A DNA stretch of 63,491 bases, taken from NCBI GenBank assembly GCA_040081025.1, contig JBEBGW010000001.1, forward strand, positions 1 to 63,491, in the 5' to 3' direction. This document shows, piece by piece, positions 39,468-48,246 of this stretch; positions within the stretch are counted from its first letter, which is position 1, and every line of letters starts with the position of its first letter. Origin of the DNA: Pyrinomonadaceae bacterium. Lineage in GTDB: Bacteria; Acidobacteriota; Blastocatellia; Pyrinomonadales; Pyrinomonadaceae. The position numbers were made by a program, and so were the translations under genes. The notes beneath the pieces are model-generated. The model was not told the origin of the DNA. It worked only from the letters and a program-made list of their open reading frames with translations, and did no database searches.

Positions 39468-39483
39468 AATTGGTCAGTCCAAT
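39468..39483. promoter_or_regulatory. Operator motif A, site 3 (AATTGGTCAGTCCAAT)
   Basis: ATTGG-N5-CCAAT inverted repeat between the galK stop and the rhaEW start. Confidence 0.4.
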
Positions 39484-39487
39484 CATC

Positions 39488-40621
39488 TTAGGCGCTGACC
39501 TCCAAGGCACCTTGGGTCGCGGTGCACTGATAGATCGCCGGTACAATGGTCGTCGAACGGGCGTATTCGGCCTCGATCCGAGCGCTGATCTGATGTAGAT
39601 CTGCGTTGCCGTCGCAAATGCTGATCGTACATCCGCCAAAGCCGCCGCCCATCATTCTGGAGCCGAGTATCTCGGGTTGCGATCGGCAGATCTCCGCCAT
39701 GATGTCCAATTCGCGGCAGCTTACTTCGAACTCATCTCGGAGGCTCGCATGAGATTCATTCATCAGCTTGCCAACTGTTGACAAGTCACCGGATCGGAGA
39801 GCTTCGACGGCCGACAGTACGCGAAGATTCTCGGTCACAACGTGCCTTGCGCGTTTCGCGAGCGCTGTTGGCAGGGTGCCGACCTCGTCGATGTCCGCAT
39901 CTCTAAGCGATCTCTTACCAAGACTCGCGGCCGCCGATTCACACTCGGCTCGCCGCGTGTTGTATTCGCTTTCGGCGAGTGAATGCTTGGTTCGCGTGTC
40001 GCAGATGAGAAACGACGCATCACCGAGCGGGATGTGCTGCCATTCAAGCGAGCGGCAGTCTAGAAACAACGTGTGGCCGGCCTTGCCGAGAACCGACGCC
40101 ATCTGGTCCATGATGCCGCTGTTTACTCCGGCAAATTCGTTTTCCGCTGCCTGCCCGATCTTTGCGATCTAGACGTCGGAAAGATCCAGATCGAACAACT
40201 TTGCCAACGCCGTCGCGATCCCGATTTCGAGGGCGGCGGATGAACTTAGCCCGGCTCCCGATGGGATGTCGCTTGTGATCAGAAGATCGGCTCCGCGGAG
40301 CACATGTCCTGCTCGCTGGATCAACGAGAGAACGCCGTACGGATACTTGGTCCAACCTTTCGCGACGGCCTTGCCATCCAGGTCACCCAGACTGACTTCC
40401 AAAATTTCCGCAAAATCGGTCGAGGCAACCGTTAAACGACCGTCATCTCTTGGCGAGGCTGCGACATACACCGCCTTCTCGATCGCAAACGGCATTACGA
40501 AGCCTTCGTTGTAATCTGTGTGCTCGCCGATCAGATTGACGCGTGCGGGAGCGCGGAAGATCCGCGGCTCGCGGCCGAAGCGTTCGATGAAATCTTGTTG
40601 TAATCGGGAGATATCGATCAC
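39488..40621 (-). pseudogene. galK: Galactokinase interrupted by a single in-frame TAG (complement of 40169-40171)
   Basis: ORFs 40169-40621 and 39488-40111 are in the same frame (the 510-nt offset between their 5' ends, 40621 and 40111, is divisible by 3). The read-through translation ...LFDLDLSDV*IAKIGQAAENEFAGVNSGIMDQMASV restores the conserved GalK motif. The GHMP motif PSGAGLSSSAA lies in the N-terminal part. Confidence 0.7.
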
Positions 40622-41661
40622 GTTGAGTAGTGAACCTCGCTCAGACCTCGTAGCCGCTCGGCGGCCTGCTCCGGAGTAAGATCGCGTTGCGGACTGCCGA
40701 GAAGTTCGAAGCCGACGAGGAACTTTCGAATGGTCGCTGATCGCAGCAGCGGCGGATAGAAGTGCGCGTGAAAGTGAGATCCTTCGTGCGGCCTGGCATC
40801 GGTTGGCGACTGGTGAAATCCCATCGAGTAGGGAAACGGTGTTGTAAAGAGGTTGTCGTATCTGGTCGTCACGCGTCGGAGCATATCAGCCATCGAATCG
40901 CGTTCATTGTCGTCGAGTTCAGAGATCGAACCGCTGTGGCGTTTCCCGAGCAGGAGGATCTCGAACGGATACACCGCCCAGAATGGAACGAGTGCCGCGA
41001 AGTCGTCGTTCTCGCAAACTATCCGCTCGCCGCTGCTCAATTCGATCCGCAGATAATCGCAGAGCAGACAGGCACCCGTGCGTAAATGATGCTCGGCCTG
41101 GCGAGCGAGTTCTTTAGCAGGCTCATTCGGTATCGATTCAGTCGCCCAGATCTGACAATGCGGATGCGGGTTGCTCGCGCCCATCATCTCGCCGCGATTC
41201 TCAAATATCTGAACGTGGTCGATGTACGGCATCGACCCGAGCTCGTCGTATTGCCGAGCCCATTCGTCGATGACCTTACGAATGTCAACAACATCCATCC
41301 GAGCGAGGGTCAAACTGTGATCGGACGAAAAGCATACGACGCGGCTCGTACCCCGTTCGCGATGGCTGACGAGCAGGTCGTTGGAATCAGCATCCGTCGT
41401 CTCGTCAGATGTCAGCGCAGCAAAGTCGTTATCGAAAACGAACACCCCGTCGTAATCAGGATTTCGGTGGCCGCCAGCCCGTTCGTTGCCGGGGCATAGA
41501 TAGCATTCGGGATCATATGCAGCGAGTGACGGCACCGCCGAACTCTCAGTCTGTCCTTGCCAGGGCCGTTTTGTACGGTGCGGCGAGACGATCACCCATT
41601 CGCCGGTCAACTGATTGAGCCTGCGATGAGAATGCTCGGTTGGATCGAACTTCACGGTCAT
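40618..41661 (-). CDS. galT: Galactose-1-phosphate uridylyltransferase (HIT type)
   Basis: CYLCPGNERAGG zinc motif and the HPHCQIW active site. It has a 4-nt overlap with galK. Confidence 0.9.
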   Translation of the reverse strand: MTVKFDPTEHSHRRLNQLTGEWVIVSPHRTKRPWQGQTESSAVPSLAAYDPECYLCPGNERAGGHRNPDYDGVFVFDNDFAALTSDETTDADSNDLLVSHRERGTSRVVCFSSDHSLTLARMDVVDIRKVIDEWARQYDELGSMPYIDHVQIFENRGEMMGASNPHPHCQIWATESIPNEPAKELARQAEHHLRTGACLLCDYLRIELSSGERIVCENDDFAALVPFWAVYPFEILLLGKRHSGSISELDDNERDSMADMLRRVTTRYDNLFTTPFPYSMGFHQSPTDARPHEGSHFHAHFYPPLLRSATIRKFLVGFELLGSPQRDLTPEQAAERLRGLSEVHYST

Positions 41662-43199
41662 CGTTGTCCAGCAGTTGGATCGGGCCAGTTGTCCGTGCGG
41701 AACGGCGAAGCGGGAAGGCCTGAATCGTTGGTAAGGTTCGGGTTCTTCGGATTCAGGTTGAACGCGTATCGCGCCGCTTGCGGATCGGTCACGGCAGACG
41801 ACGAGAGCTCGATCCGGTCCTTGCCGACGATCTTAGCCTCTGCCCAATACCATTTGCGGTCGGCTCCGGCGATAGCGAATTCTTCCAGCTTATCGCCGGA
41901 CCTCAGCTTCAAGCCGGCTCCGATGTCCTTGAATGTCAGATAGACCTTACCGTTACTGACATGATGAGAAACCAACGTCGGAGCTTCCATCACTCGTCGT
42001 CCATAAACGTTTCGCAAGGCCCAGATCGACATTCGCTTGCCGACATCGAGCTTGTTCTTTGGGTGAATGTCGCTTGCTTCGCCGATGTCGATCGTGACGA
42101 TCAGGCCATTGTGCTTGTCGGCTATTGCGGTACGGCGTTGATATTCGCGGAGGTGCGACCAGGCACTGTCCTCAGGTTCGGCGTTCTGACGGCGATAGTT
42201 TGGCAGTTGGATGATGCCGAAAGGCATCGCGGGCGATCCCCAACGTTCACGCCATGAACGAATCATCACCGGCAGCAAGATTGCGTATTGTTCTGCTCGT
42301 GCCTCGTTCGATTCGCCCTGATACCACACGGCCCCGCGAATGGCGAAGGGGATCAGGGGTTCGATCATTCCGTCGTATATCGACGATGCGATGCGGTAAT
42401 CGCGAAGAGCGTCGGGCACGCCGGGCGAGGGTGACGGACGAACTCCCGATGCTCGGGCCTTGTCCGAATCTTCCCGCCATTTCTTGATCGCCTCGGCATA
42501 ATCGACACGGACCTTCTCGCGTTCGGCGGCCCAAACTTGAGTACGGTCGACTGCTGGTTTGAGATCGGGCGAGGCGTTCAGATACGAGACCGGCGTCCAC
42601 GCCTCGGCCTGCGATCCGCCGTAGGACGAATTGATGATCCCAACCGGAACCTTCAGATCTTTTTGCAGCTCCAGGGCGAAGAAGTAACCCGCACCCGAAA
42701 AATCTTTCACGTTCTCCGGCGTGGTGGGCAACCACGTCGCGAGCGGGCCTTGCTTCTTTTTGAACGCGACCTCGCGGCTCACATTGAACAGCCGGATGTT
42801 AGGATGGTTCGCCGCCGCGATCGCCGCTTCACCGCCGGTCGATTCGACAACACGCCACTGCATATTCGATTGCCCCGAAACCAGCCAAACCTCGCCGACG
42901 AGGATGTCTTTCAGCTCGATGGCATTCTTACCAGCGATCGTCATCGATCTCGGCCCGGCCGACGCTTCGAACTTGCCTATATCGACACGCCATTTTCCAT
43001 CGGCTCCGGCCACGACGGTTTTCTTCTTTCCCGCAAACGTCACCGTAACCGATTCGCCCGCGTCCGCCGTTCCCCAGATCGGGATCGCCTGCCCCTGCTG
43101 AAGCACCATCGAACTCGCAATAACATCCGGAACCTTAACCTCGGCCACAGCCGACGACGCAGCGACGGCCGAGATCAGTGCTATAAGGAAGATCTTCAT
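41658..43199 (-). CDS. Sialate O-acetylesterase-family carbohydrate esterase (SASA/DUF303)
   Basis: Signal peptide and the GEVWLVSGQSNMQW catalytic block typical of SASA esterases. Confidence 0.8.
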   Translation of the reverse strand: MKIFLIALISAVAASSAVAEVKVPDVIASSMVLQQGQAIPIWGTADAGESVTVTFAGKKKTVVAGADGKWRVDIGKFEASAGPRSMTIAGKNAIELKDILVGEVWLVSGQSNMQWRVVESTGGEAAIAAANHPNIRLFNVSREVAFKKKQGPLATWLPTTPENVKDFSGAGYFFALELQKDLKVPVGIINSSYGGSQAEAWTPVSYLNASPDLKPAVDRTQVWAAEREKVRVDYAEAIKKWREDSDKARASGVRPSPSPGVPDALRDYRIASSIYDGMIEPLIPFAIRGAVWYQGESNEARAEQYAILLPVMIRSWRERWGSPAMPFGIIQLPNYRRQNAEPEDSAWSHLREYQRRTAIADKHNGLIVTIDIGEASDIHPKNKLDVGKRMSIWALRNVYGRRVMEAPTLVSHHVSNGKVYLTFKDIGAGLKLRSGDKLEEFAIAGADRKWYWAEAKIVGKDRIELSSSAVTDPQAARYAFNLNPKNPNLTNDSGLPASPFRTDNWPDPTAGQR

Positions 43200-43235
43200 A
43201 ACAACAGCATAAAATCGCGTCCCCTAATGTAGCAT

Positions 43236-43250
43236 TTAACCGTTTAACCG
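43236..43250. promoter_or_regulatory. Operator motif B, site 2 (TTAACCGTTTAACCG)
   Basis: TTAAC-CG-TTTAA core, 37 bp upstream of the SASA-galT-galK operon start. Confidence 0.4.
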
Positions 43251-43310
43251 AAAAACAGGCCGTCGTTCCGGAGCATTCACCACTCACCACTTACCGTTCA
43301 CCGCTCATCC

Positions 43311-43368
43311 CTGTAAGTATGATGGAAAAAAGAAAGAGTGAGGTCTATGCGCTTTAGTATTCAAACAT
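43311..43368 (-). repeat. Truncated relic of the 5' end of the adjacent 167-aa gene (tandem partial duplication)
   Basis: On the minus strand, ATGTTTGA... directly abuts the TAG of the 43369-43872 gene. 43311-43357 matches 43775-43821 at 42 of 47 positions. The relic lacks ~40 nt present in the intact gene. Confidence 0.6.
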
Positions 43369-43872
43369 CTACGCCGCCTTGCCTTTACCTTTTTCTTTCC
43401 GCCAGAGTTCGTCGTGCAGGCCGAGATGTTCCCGCTCGAAGTCCCTGACCTTATCTAACAGTTCGATGGAGTAGCTTACTGTCGAAAAGAAGCCAACCGT
43501 CGTCCGAAACGCGTCCCGTGCGATCTCGCTGGGCTCGACATCGCCCATCAGTTCTTTGATCTGTTCGTTGCTGATCCGCAGATCGCACGAAACCCATCGC
43601 CACCGAATTTGCGTATCGCGTTTAGTATAATTGCTGATATCTTGTGCACTCATAGGGACACGAGAATACTGCACATGCAACGCTGTCGCAAGCACGCGAA
43701 CACGGAAGTCGGCAAGCCTCGTAAAGTCAAAGAGTTGCCGACGCACGATGGACCAATAGACGCCATCAGCCTTGCTGTAAGGCTGATGGAAAAAAGAAAG
43801 AGCGAGGTCTATGCTTTTTAGCAGGGAGAGTGGTTTCAAGTCTGGGTGCCTATTGCTAAGATGGTCGAACAT
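43369..43872 (-). CDS. Hypothetical protein (167 aa), first gene of the low-GC island
   Basis: An ORF with no motif I recognise and a Lys-rich C-terminus (WRKEKGKGKAA). It is divergent from the DUF262 gene with only a 29-bp spacer. Confidence 0.55.
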   Translation of the reverse strand: MFDHLSNRHPDLKPLSLLKSIDLALSFFHQPYSKADGVYWSIVRRQLFDFTRLADFRVRVLATALHVQYSRVPMSAQDISNYTKRDTQIRWRWVSCDLRISNEQIKELMGDVEPSEIARDAFRTTVGFFSTVSYSIELLDKVRDFEREHLGLHDELWRKEKGKGKAA

Positions 43873-43901
43873 CCAGATTTCCGAAGACCTCCAATAACCC
43901 T

Positions 43902-44993
43902 ATGAGTGATGACAAGATTAAGGATTTGAACGACGTTGAAACCCGTACTTTCTTAGAGGAAGATGAACCTTCGATTCCACCTTCCGATGTGATTGCGTAT
44001 AACGAGCTCAGATCCTGTGCCGACTTATTCCGTATGTATGTGGATGGAATTCTTGAGATTCAACCTTCGTACCAGCGAGAAGTGGTGTGGAAGAATCCAG
44101 CGCAGACGCGGTTCATTGATTCCTTGATTAAACAGCTACCTATTCCGTCGATGTGCTTTAGCTATGATTACCACCTTCAGAAATGGCAGGTTATAGATGG
44201 ATTGCAGAGGATGACAAGCATAATTAACTTTTTATCTGGCGGAACTGGTAAATTGTCGAAGCTCGACGATATAGACACTCAAATATCTGGGCAGCCGGTA
44301 AAAAAATTCAAGAATCGTGATTCACCTCTCTATAAGTATTACAGACGAGTAGAAAACCTTAGCCTACCGATTAATGTCCTGCGCTGCGATCTCACAAAGG
44401 ACAGCCATACAAGTTACATTTTTTCAATCTTTCATCGTCTAAATTCTGGCGGCACAAAGCTTAACAACCAGGAAATTCGCAACTGCATCTTCAGTGGGCC
44501 GTTCAATGAACTTCTCAACGATCTGAACGGCAATGAGGATTGGCTGAAAATCAACCTGATGGAAAAACCCTACGGCTATCGCTTTGTAAAACAGGAACTG
44601 ATCTTGAGAATGTTCGCTTTCAACGAAGGTCTGAAGTCGTATGACGGGCATCTTGCGAAATTCCTCAATACCTATATGAAACAAAATAGGATGATGAGCG
44701 AAAGCGCATTAGCCTCGAAACGAGCGATGTTCGAATCTGCGGTAAGAATTATCTCCGGCAAAATCCTTGTCCAACCTACCAAGCTCGGTACTTCGGTTTT
44801 GGAAGGATTGCTCGTTGGGGTCGCTTCAAACCTCAAAAATCTCCGAACTAAAAGTTCCAACGAGCTGCAATCACTTTACCGTCAGCTCCTGAAAAGTCCG
44901 GAATACTTACCAACTGCCCTTCTTGAGGGACTTGCTAGGAAGGAGCGCGTGACTAAGCGGCTTCAGAGGGCCCGCACCATTTTCAGCAAGTGA
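43902..44993 (+). CDS. DUF262 (ParB-like/GmrSD N-terminal) domain protein lacking a fused DUF1524 nuclease
   Basis: YQREVVW, IDGLQRMTSI and FHRLNSGGTKLNNQEIRN blocks typical of DUF262. I see no His-Me/HNH-type motif in the C-terminal ~150 aa. Confidence 0.8.
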   Translation: MSDDKIKDLNDVETRTFLEEDEPSIPPSDVIAYNELRSCADLFRMYVDGILEIQPSYQREVVWKNPAQTRFIDSLIKQLPIPSMCFSYDYHLQKWQVIDGLQRMTSIINFLSGGTGKLSKLDDIDTQISGQPVKKFKNRDSPLYKYYRRVENLSLPINVLRCDLTKDSHTSYIFSIFHRLNSGGTKLNNQEIRNCIFSGPFNELLNDLNGNEDWLKINLMEKPYGYRFVKQELILRMFAFNEGLKSYDGHLAKFLNTYMKQNRMMSESALASKRAMFESAVRIISGKILVQPTKLGTSVLEGLLVGVASNLKNLRTKSSNELQSLYRQLLKSPEYLPTALLEGLARKERVTKRLQRARTIFSK

Positions 44994-45502
44994 TGCTTTC
45001 GAACGCCTCGATACTTACAACTTTGATTCACATCGAAGGGCAGTACAACGCTGCTATCGCTCCTATGGACAATTTCTACTCCAAGCTTGCCATTCTCGAG
45101 GCTTGTGGCTGGATAGAGGAAGCAATGGATGATGTTCTCGAGCGGTCAATGAACTACAAGATTAAGAAGTCAAAGGACGTAGATTTCGTCTCAAAAAAGA
45201 TTCTAGAAAACTACGGGTTCGATTATTCGGGTAATTTTAGAAAGGTACTTACCTATATTCTCGGGCTTTGGAATATTGGGAAGATGGAACGTCGACTCGA
45301 TCCATTGAAGTTTGCCCGGCTGGTCTCGCAACTTGGAAATCTAAAGCAGGTAAGGGACTCAGCGGCACACACGCACGTGCAAGTGGGAATCACACAATAT
45401 TACGACGGCCCATCTGTTACGCGACAACGACTACTTCATGTTACTGATGGCTTAGCTGATATTGAGCAGGTGCTCATCAGCATGAAACTCACTAAACTCT
45501 AA
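44993..45502 (+). CDS. Small HEPN-like protein (R-x4-H motif)
   Basis: ATG 44993 overlaps the TGA of the DUF262 gene (TGATG); the track's GTG 44990 is an alternative start. It has a single RDSAAH motif (R codon 45353, H codon 45368) in a helical-looking ~170-aa protein. Confidence 0.55.
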   Translation: MLSNASILTTLIHIEGQYNAAIAPMDNFYSKLAILEACGWIEEAMDDVLERSMNYKIKKSKDVDFVSKKILENYGFDYSGNFRKVLTYILGLWNIGKMERRLDPLKFARLVSQLGNLKQVRDSAAHTHVQVGITQYYDGPSVTRQRLLHVTDGLADIEQVLISMKLTKL

Positions 45503-45548
45503 CATGCTGTCCATATTGCCACTGGTGACGACGTTGCGATGCGACCGT

Positions 45549-45577
45549 TTGTTCAGCATCTTTAGAGCCGTTATATT
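45549..45577 (+). promoter_or_regulatory. Candidate promoter TTGTTC-N17-TATATT for the vsr/R-M operon
   Basis: Read directly in the 99-nt gap between the HEPN-like gene and vsr. Confidence 0.35.
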
Positions 45578-45601
45578 TAGGGGAAAGTTAATGCTGCTCC
45601 T

Positions 45602-46015
45602 ATGATAGAACCACCTACAAAAAGTCGCAGCTTCAACATGCGTCAAGTTCGATCAAAGCACACGAAGCCAGAACTACTAGTGCGACGAATGCTCTTCGAA
45701 CGCGGCTTTCGATTCCGACTGCACGACAGGCGCCTTCCAGGTAACCCGGATATCGTTTTGCCTAAGTATAGAGCTGTAATCCTTGTTAACGGCTGCTTCT
45801 GGCATCAACATCCGGGATGCAAACGAGCAACCATGCCAGTGCGAAACGCAGATTTTTGGGAAGAAAAGTTAGCAGCGAACACGGCAAGAGACTCTGCTAC
45901 TAGGCGAAGACTCCACGAACTCAATTGGAATGTCCTTGTAGTTTGGGAGTGTGAGGCTTACGGCGATCCAGAAGGCGTTCTAATCCGACTCATTCGCGAA
46001 ATTACCATGGATTGA
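45602..46015 (+). CDS. vsr: Very-short-patch repair endonuclease
   Basis: 137 aa, collinear from memory with E. coli Vsr (RSFNMRQVRSKHTKPE, LPGNPDIVLPKYR.VI.VNGCFWH.H, WNVLVVWECE). Confidence 0.9.
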   Translation: MIEPPTKSRSFNMRQVRSKHTKPELLVRRMLFERGFRFRLHDRRLPGNPDIVLPKYRAVILVNGCFWHQHPGCKRATMPVRNADFWEEKLAANTARDSATRRRLHELNWNVLVVWECEAYGDPEGVLIRLIREITMD

Positions 46016-46031
46016 ACGATGAGTTTTCATT

Positions 46032-47219
46032 ATGACGAATTATTCAGATAAACCATTTACGACCTGGGACGTTGTCGATTTTTTTTCCGGATGCGGTGGC
46101 ATGTCGTACGGCTTTCACACAGTCGGAGAGCAAACCGGCCAATTCCGTATGGTGGCGGCGTTCGATAATGATCGCCATGCAAACGCGACCTATCGGAGAA
46201 ATTTAGGTATTCAACCGTTTGCAACTGATATTGCGAATGCTGAAATCAATGAGATTGAGAGGCTAATGGTTCTTGGCGGGAGGAAGAAACAGAACCCGCT
46301 GATCGTGATCGGATGCGCCCCGTGTCAAGGATTTTCCTCGCATCGGAAAAAGGATCCAAGGAAAGATGGCAGAAACTCTCTCGTCGGTAAGTTTGGTGAG
46401 ATTGCCGTTGGACTCAGGCCCGACGCGATAATCATGGAAAACGTTCCGGACTTACTCGCAAGGAAGCATTGGAGTCATTATCAAAATTTTCTAAATATCC
46501 TAAATGACAATGGTTATAAGATTTCTTCCGGAATCTTGAACTTCGCGGAATTCGGCGTGCCTCAGGAAAGGCATCGGGCTGTGGTTATAGCCGCAAAAGG
46601 TTTCCAGCCATCAATGCCGTCCGGATTTTTAGGGAGGGATGCATTCCGGACCGTTCGCGATGCAATCGGCAGCCTCCCTCCATTGAAAGCAGGTGAAACA
46701 AGCGTCGTGGACGTGATGCATCAAACCTCTAACCACCGGCCCAGTACGCTAGAAATCATTCGGACTGTACCAAAGAATGGTGGCTCACGGCCCGCCGGCG
46801 TTGGACCTGCATGTTTAGACCGAGTTAAAGGCTTTTATGACGTTTACGGCAGGTTACGTTGGGATCGCCCGGCGGTGACAATTACGGCCCGGTGCCGAAC
46901 TCCATCTTGCGGTAGGTTTGTACATCCGGAACAAGATCGTGGTCTGTCGGTTCGCGAAGCTGGGTTACTCCAAGGTTTTCCGTCAGACTTCGAATTTGAA
47001 GGACCATTTGACGATAAGTTTAAACAGGTCGGCAACGCGGTTTCGCCCATCTTTTCAAAAAGGTTGGCTGGTCATGTTCTGGAAATACTTTCTGGCAAAG
47101 GACGTACTGTCGAACAGACTAAACAAACGCTCGAAAGACCAACTTTCAAGTCGTACAGTGGCTCAATAGCCCGTCTTAAGTTAAAGGATCCCGACAAAGT
47201 CGAACTTATTGCCGAATGA
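46032..47219 (+). CDS. DNA (cytosine-5)-methyltransferase, M1
   Basis: m5C motifs I FSGCGGMSYGF, IV GCAPCQGFS, VI ENV, VIII QERHR and X GNAVSP. Confidence 0.9.
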   Translation: MTNYSDKPFTTWDVVDFFSGCGGMSYGFHTVGEQTGQFRMVAAFDNDRHANATYRRNLGIQPFATDIANAEINEIERLMVLGGRKKQNPLIVIGCAPCQGFSSHRKKDPRKDGRNSLVGKFGEIAVGLRPDAIIMENVPDLLARKHWSHYQNFLNILNDNGYKISSGILNFAEFGVPQERHRAVVIAAKGFQPSMPSGFLGRDAFRTVRDAIGSLPPLKAGETSVVDVMHQTSNHRPSTLEIIRTVPKNGGSRPAGVGPACLDRVKGFYDVYGRLRWDRPAVTITARCRTPSCGRFVHPEQDRGLSVREAGLLQGFPSDFEFEGPFDDKFKQVGNAVSPIFSKRLAGHVLEILSGKGRTVEQTKQTLERPTFKSYSGSIARLKLKDPDKVELIAE

Positions 47220-48244
47220 GTCCTCGAATCCTCACTGCAATAGATTGTTTCTCAGGGGCCGGCGGTCTTTCAATTGGATTCGTCGACGCCGGGTTCGATA
47301 TCAGATATGCTTTCGATCTGGATTCCACGAGCATAGACACATACCGCCAGAATATCGGCCCGCACGCAGAAGTTTCTTCAATCTATGACGTTTCAAGGCT
47401 GTCCATGGAGAAATTTCTCGGAGAGACACTAGGCGAAATAGATGTGGTATTCGGTGGGCCACCATGTCAGGGATTTAGCGTTCAGCGTCGTGGATCTGAC
47501 GTAGACAGCCGAAATGACCTTGTAATGGAATTCGCGAGGCTTGTGTTTGATATTCGCCCGCGATTCTTCGTGATGGAAAACGTCGGAGGGCTTCTTGCAC
47601 CAAGGGGAGTGGACGTAATGCGTGAACTCCGAGCGGCATGCGAAAGCCAGGGGTATTACCTGCATATTAAGAAACTGGACGCCTCACTTTACGGTGTCCC
47701 TCAGTTCCGAAAACGAGTTTTTATCGTGGGAGAGCGCTGGGAGAGCGGTCTTTTAAGATTTACCTTTCCAGAGCCTTACGTTAGCAACGGAAATGTCACG
47801 ACGGTGCGCGATGCAATCGAGGACCTTACTGACCGTTCGGAAGGAGATGTCCCGAATCATCGTTCGGACAAATTGTCTCCTATAAATATAGAACGCATTC
47901 GATGGGTAAAAGAAGGACAAGGACGGGATTCTCTTCCGGATCACCTCCAACTTAACTGCCATAGAACAAATTCCCGACACAGACATCTCGATGTCTATGG
48001 TCGGATGTCATGGGATAAACCCGCCCCTACAATCACTGCAAGGTTTGACAGTTTTTCCCGGGGACGGTTTGGTCACCCGGTGCTTGATCGGACCATTACG
48101 CTTCGAGAAGGAGCTCGTTTGCAGACCTTTAAGGATGATTTTATCTTCCAAGGAACGAAGACCGAGGTAGCAAAGCAGATCGGTAATGCTGTCCCTCCAA
48201 TTTTGGCTCGGGCCTTAGCTGAACGGATCAAAAACTGTATTTAG
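47216..48244 (+). CDS. DNA (cytosine-5)-methyltransferase, M2
   Basis: m5C motifs FSGAGGLSIGF, GGPPCQGFS, ENV, QFRKR and GNAVPP. It has a 4-nt overlap (ATGA) with M1. Confidence 0.9.
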   Translation: MSPRILTAIDCFSGAGGLSIGFVDAGFDIRYAFDLDSTSIDTYRQNIGPHAEVSSIYDVSRLSMEKFLGETLGEIDVVFGGPPCQGFSVQRRGSDVDSRNDLVMEFARLVFDIRPRFFVMENVGGLLAPRGVDVMRELRAACESQGYYLHIKKLDASLYGVPQFRKRVFIVGERWESGLLRFTFPEPYVSNGNVTTVRDAIEDLTDRSEGDVPNHRSDKLSPINIERIRWVKEGQGRDSLPDHLQLNCHRTNSRHRHLDVYGRMSWDKPAPTITARFDSFSRGRFGHPVLDRTITLREGARLQTFKDDFIFQGTKTEVAKQIGNAVPPILARALAERIKNCI

Positions 48245-48246
48245 GT

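Noticed and set aside
40169-40171. The galK TAG as a recoded codon (pyrrolysine or programmed read-through)
   Set aside because: There are no pyl genes and no recoding signal visible in the window, and the aligned residue in GalK is an ordinary Gln. A nonsense mutation or sequencing error is far more likely.
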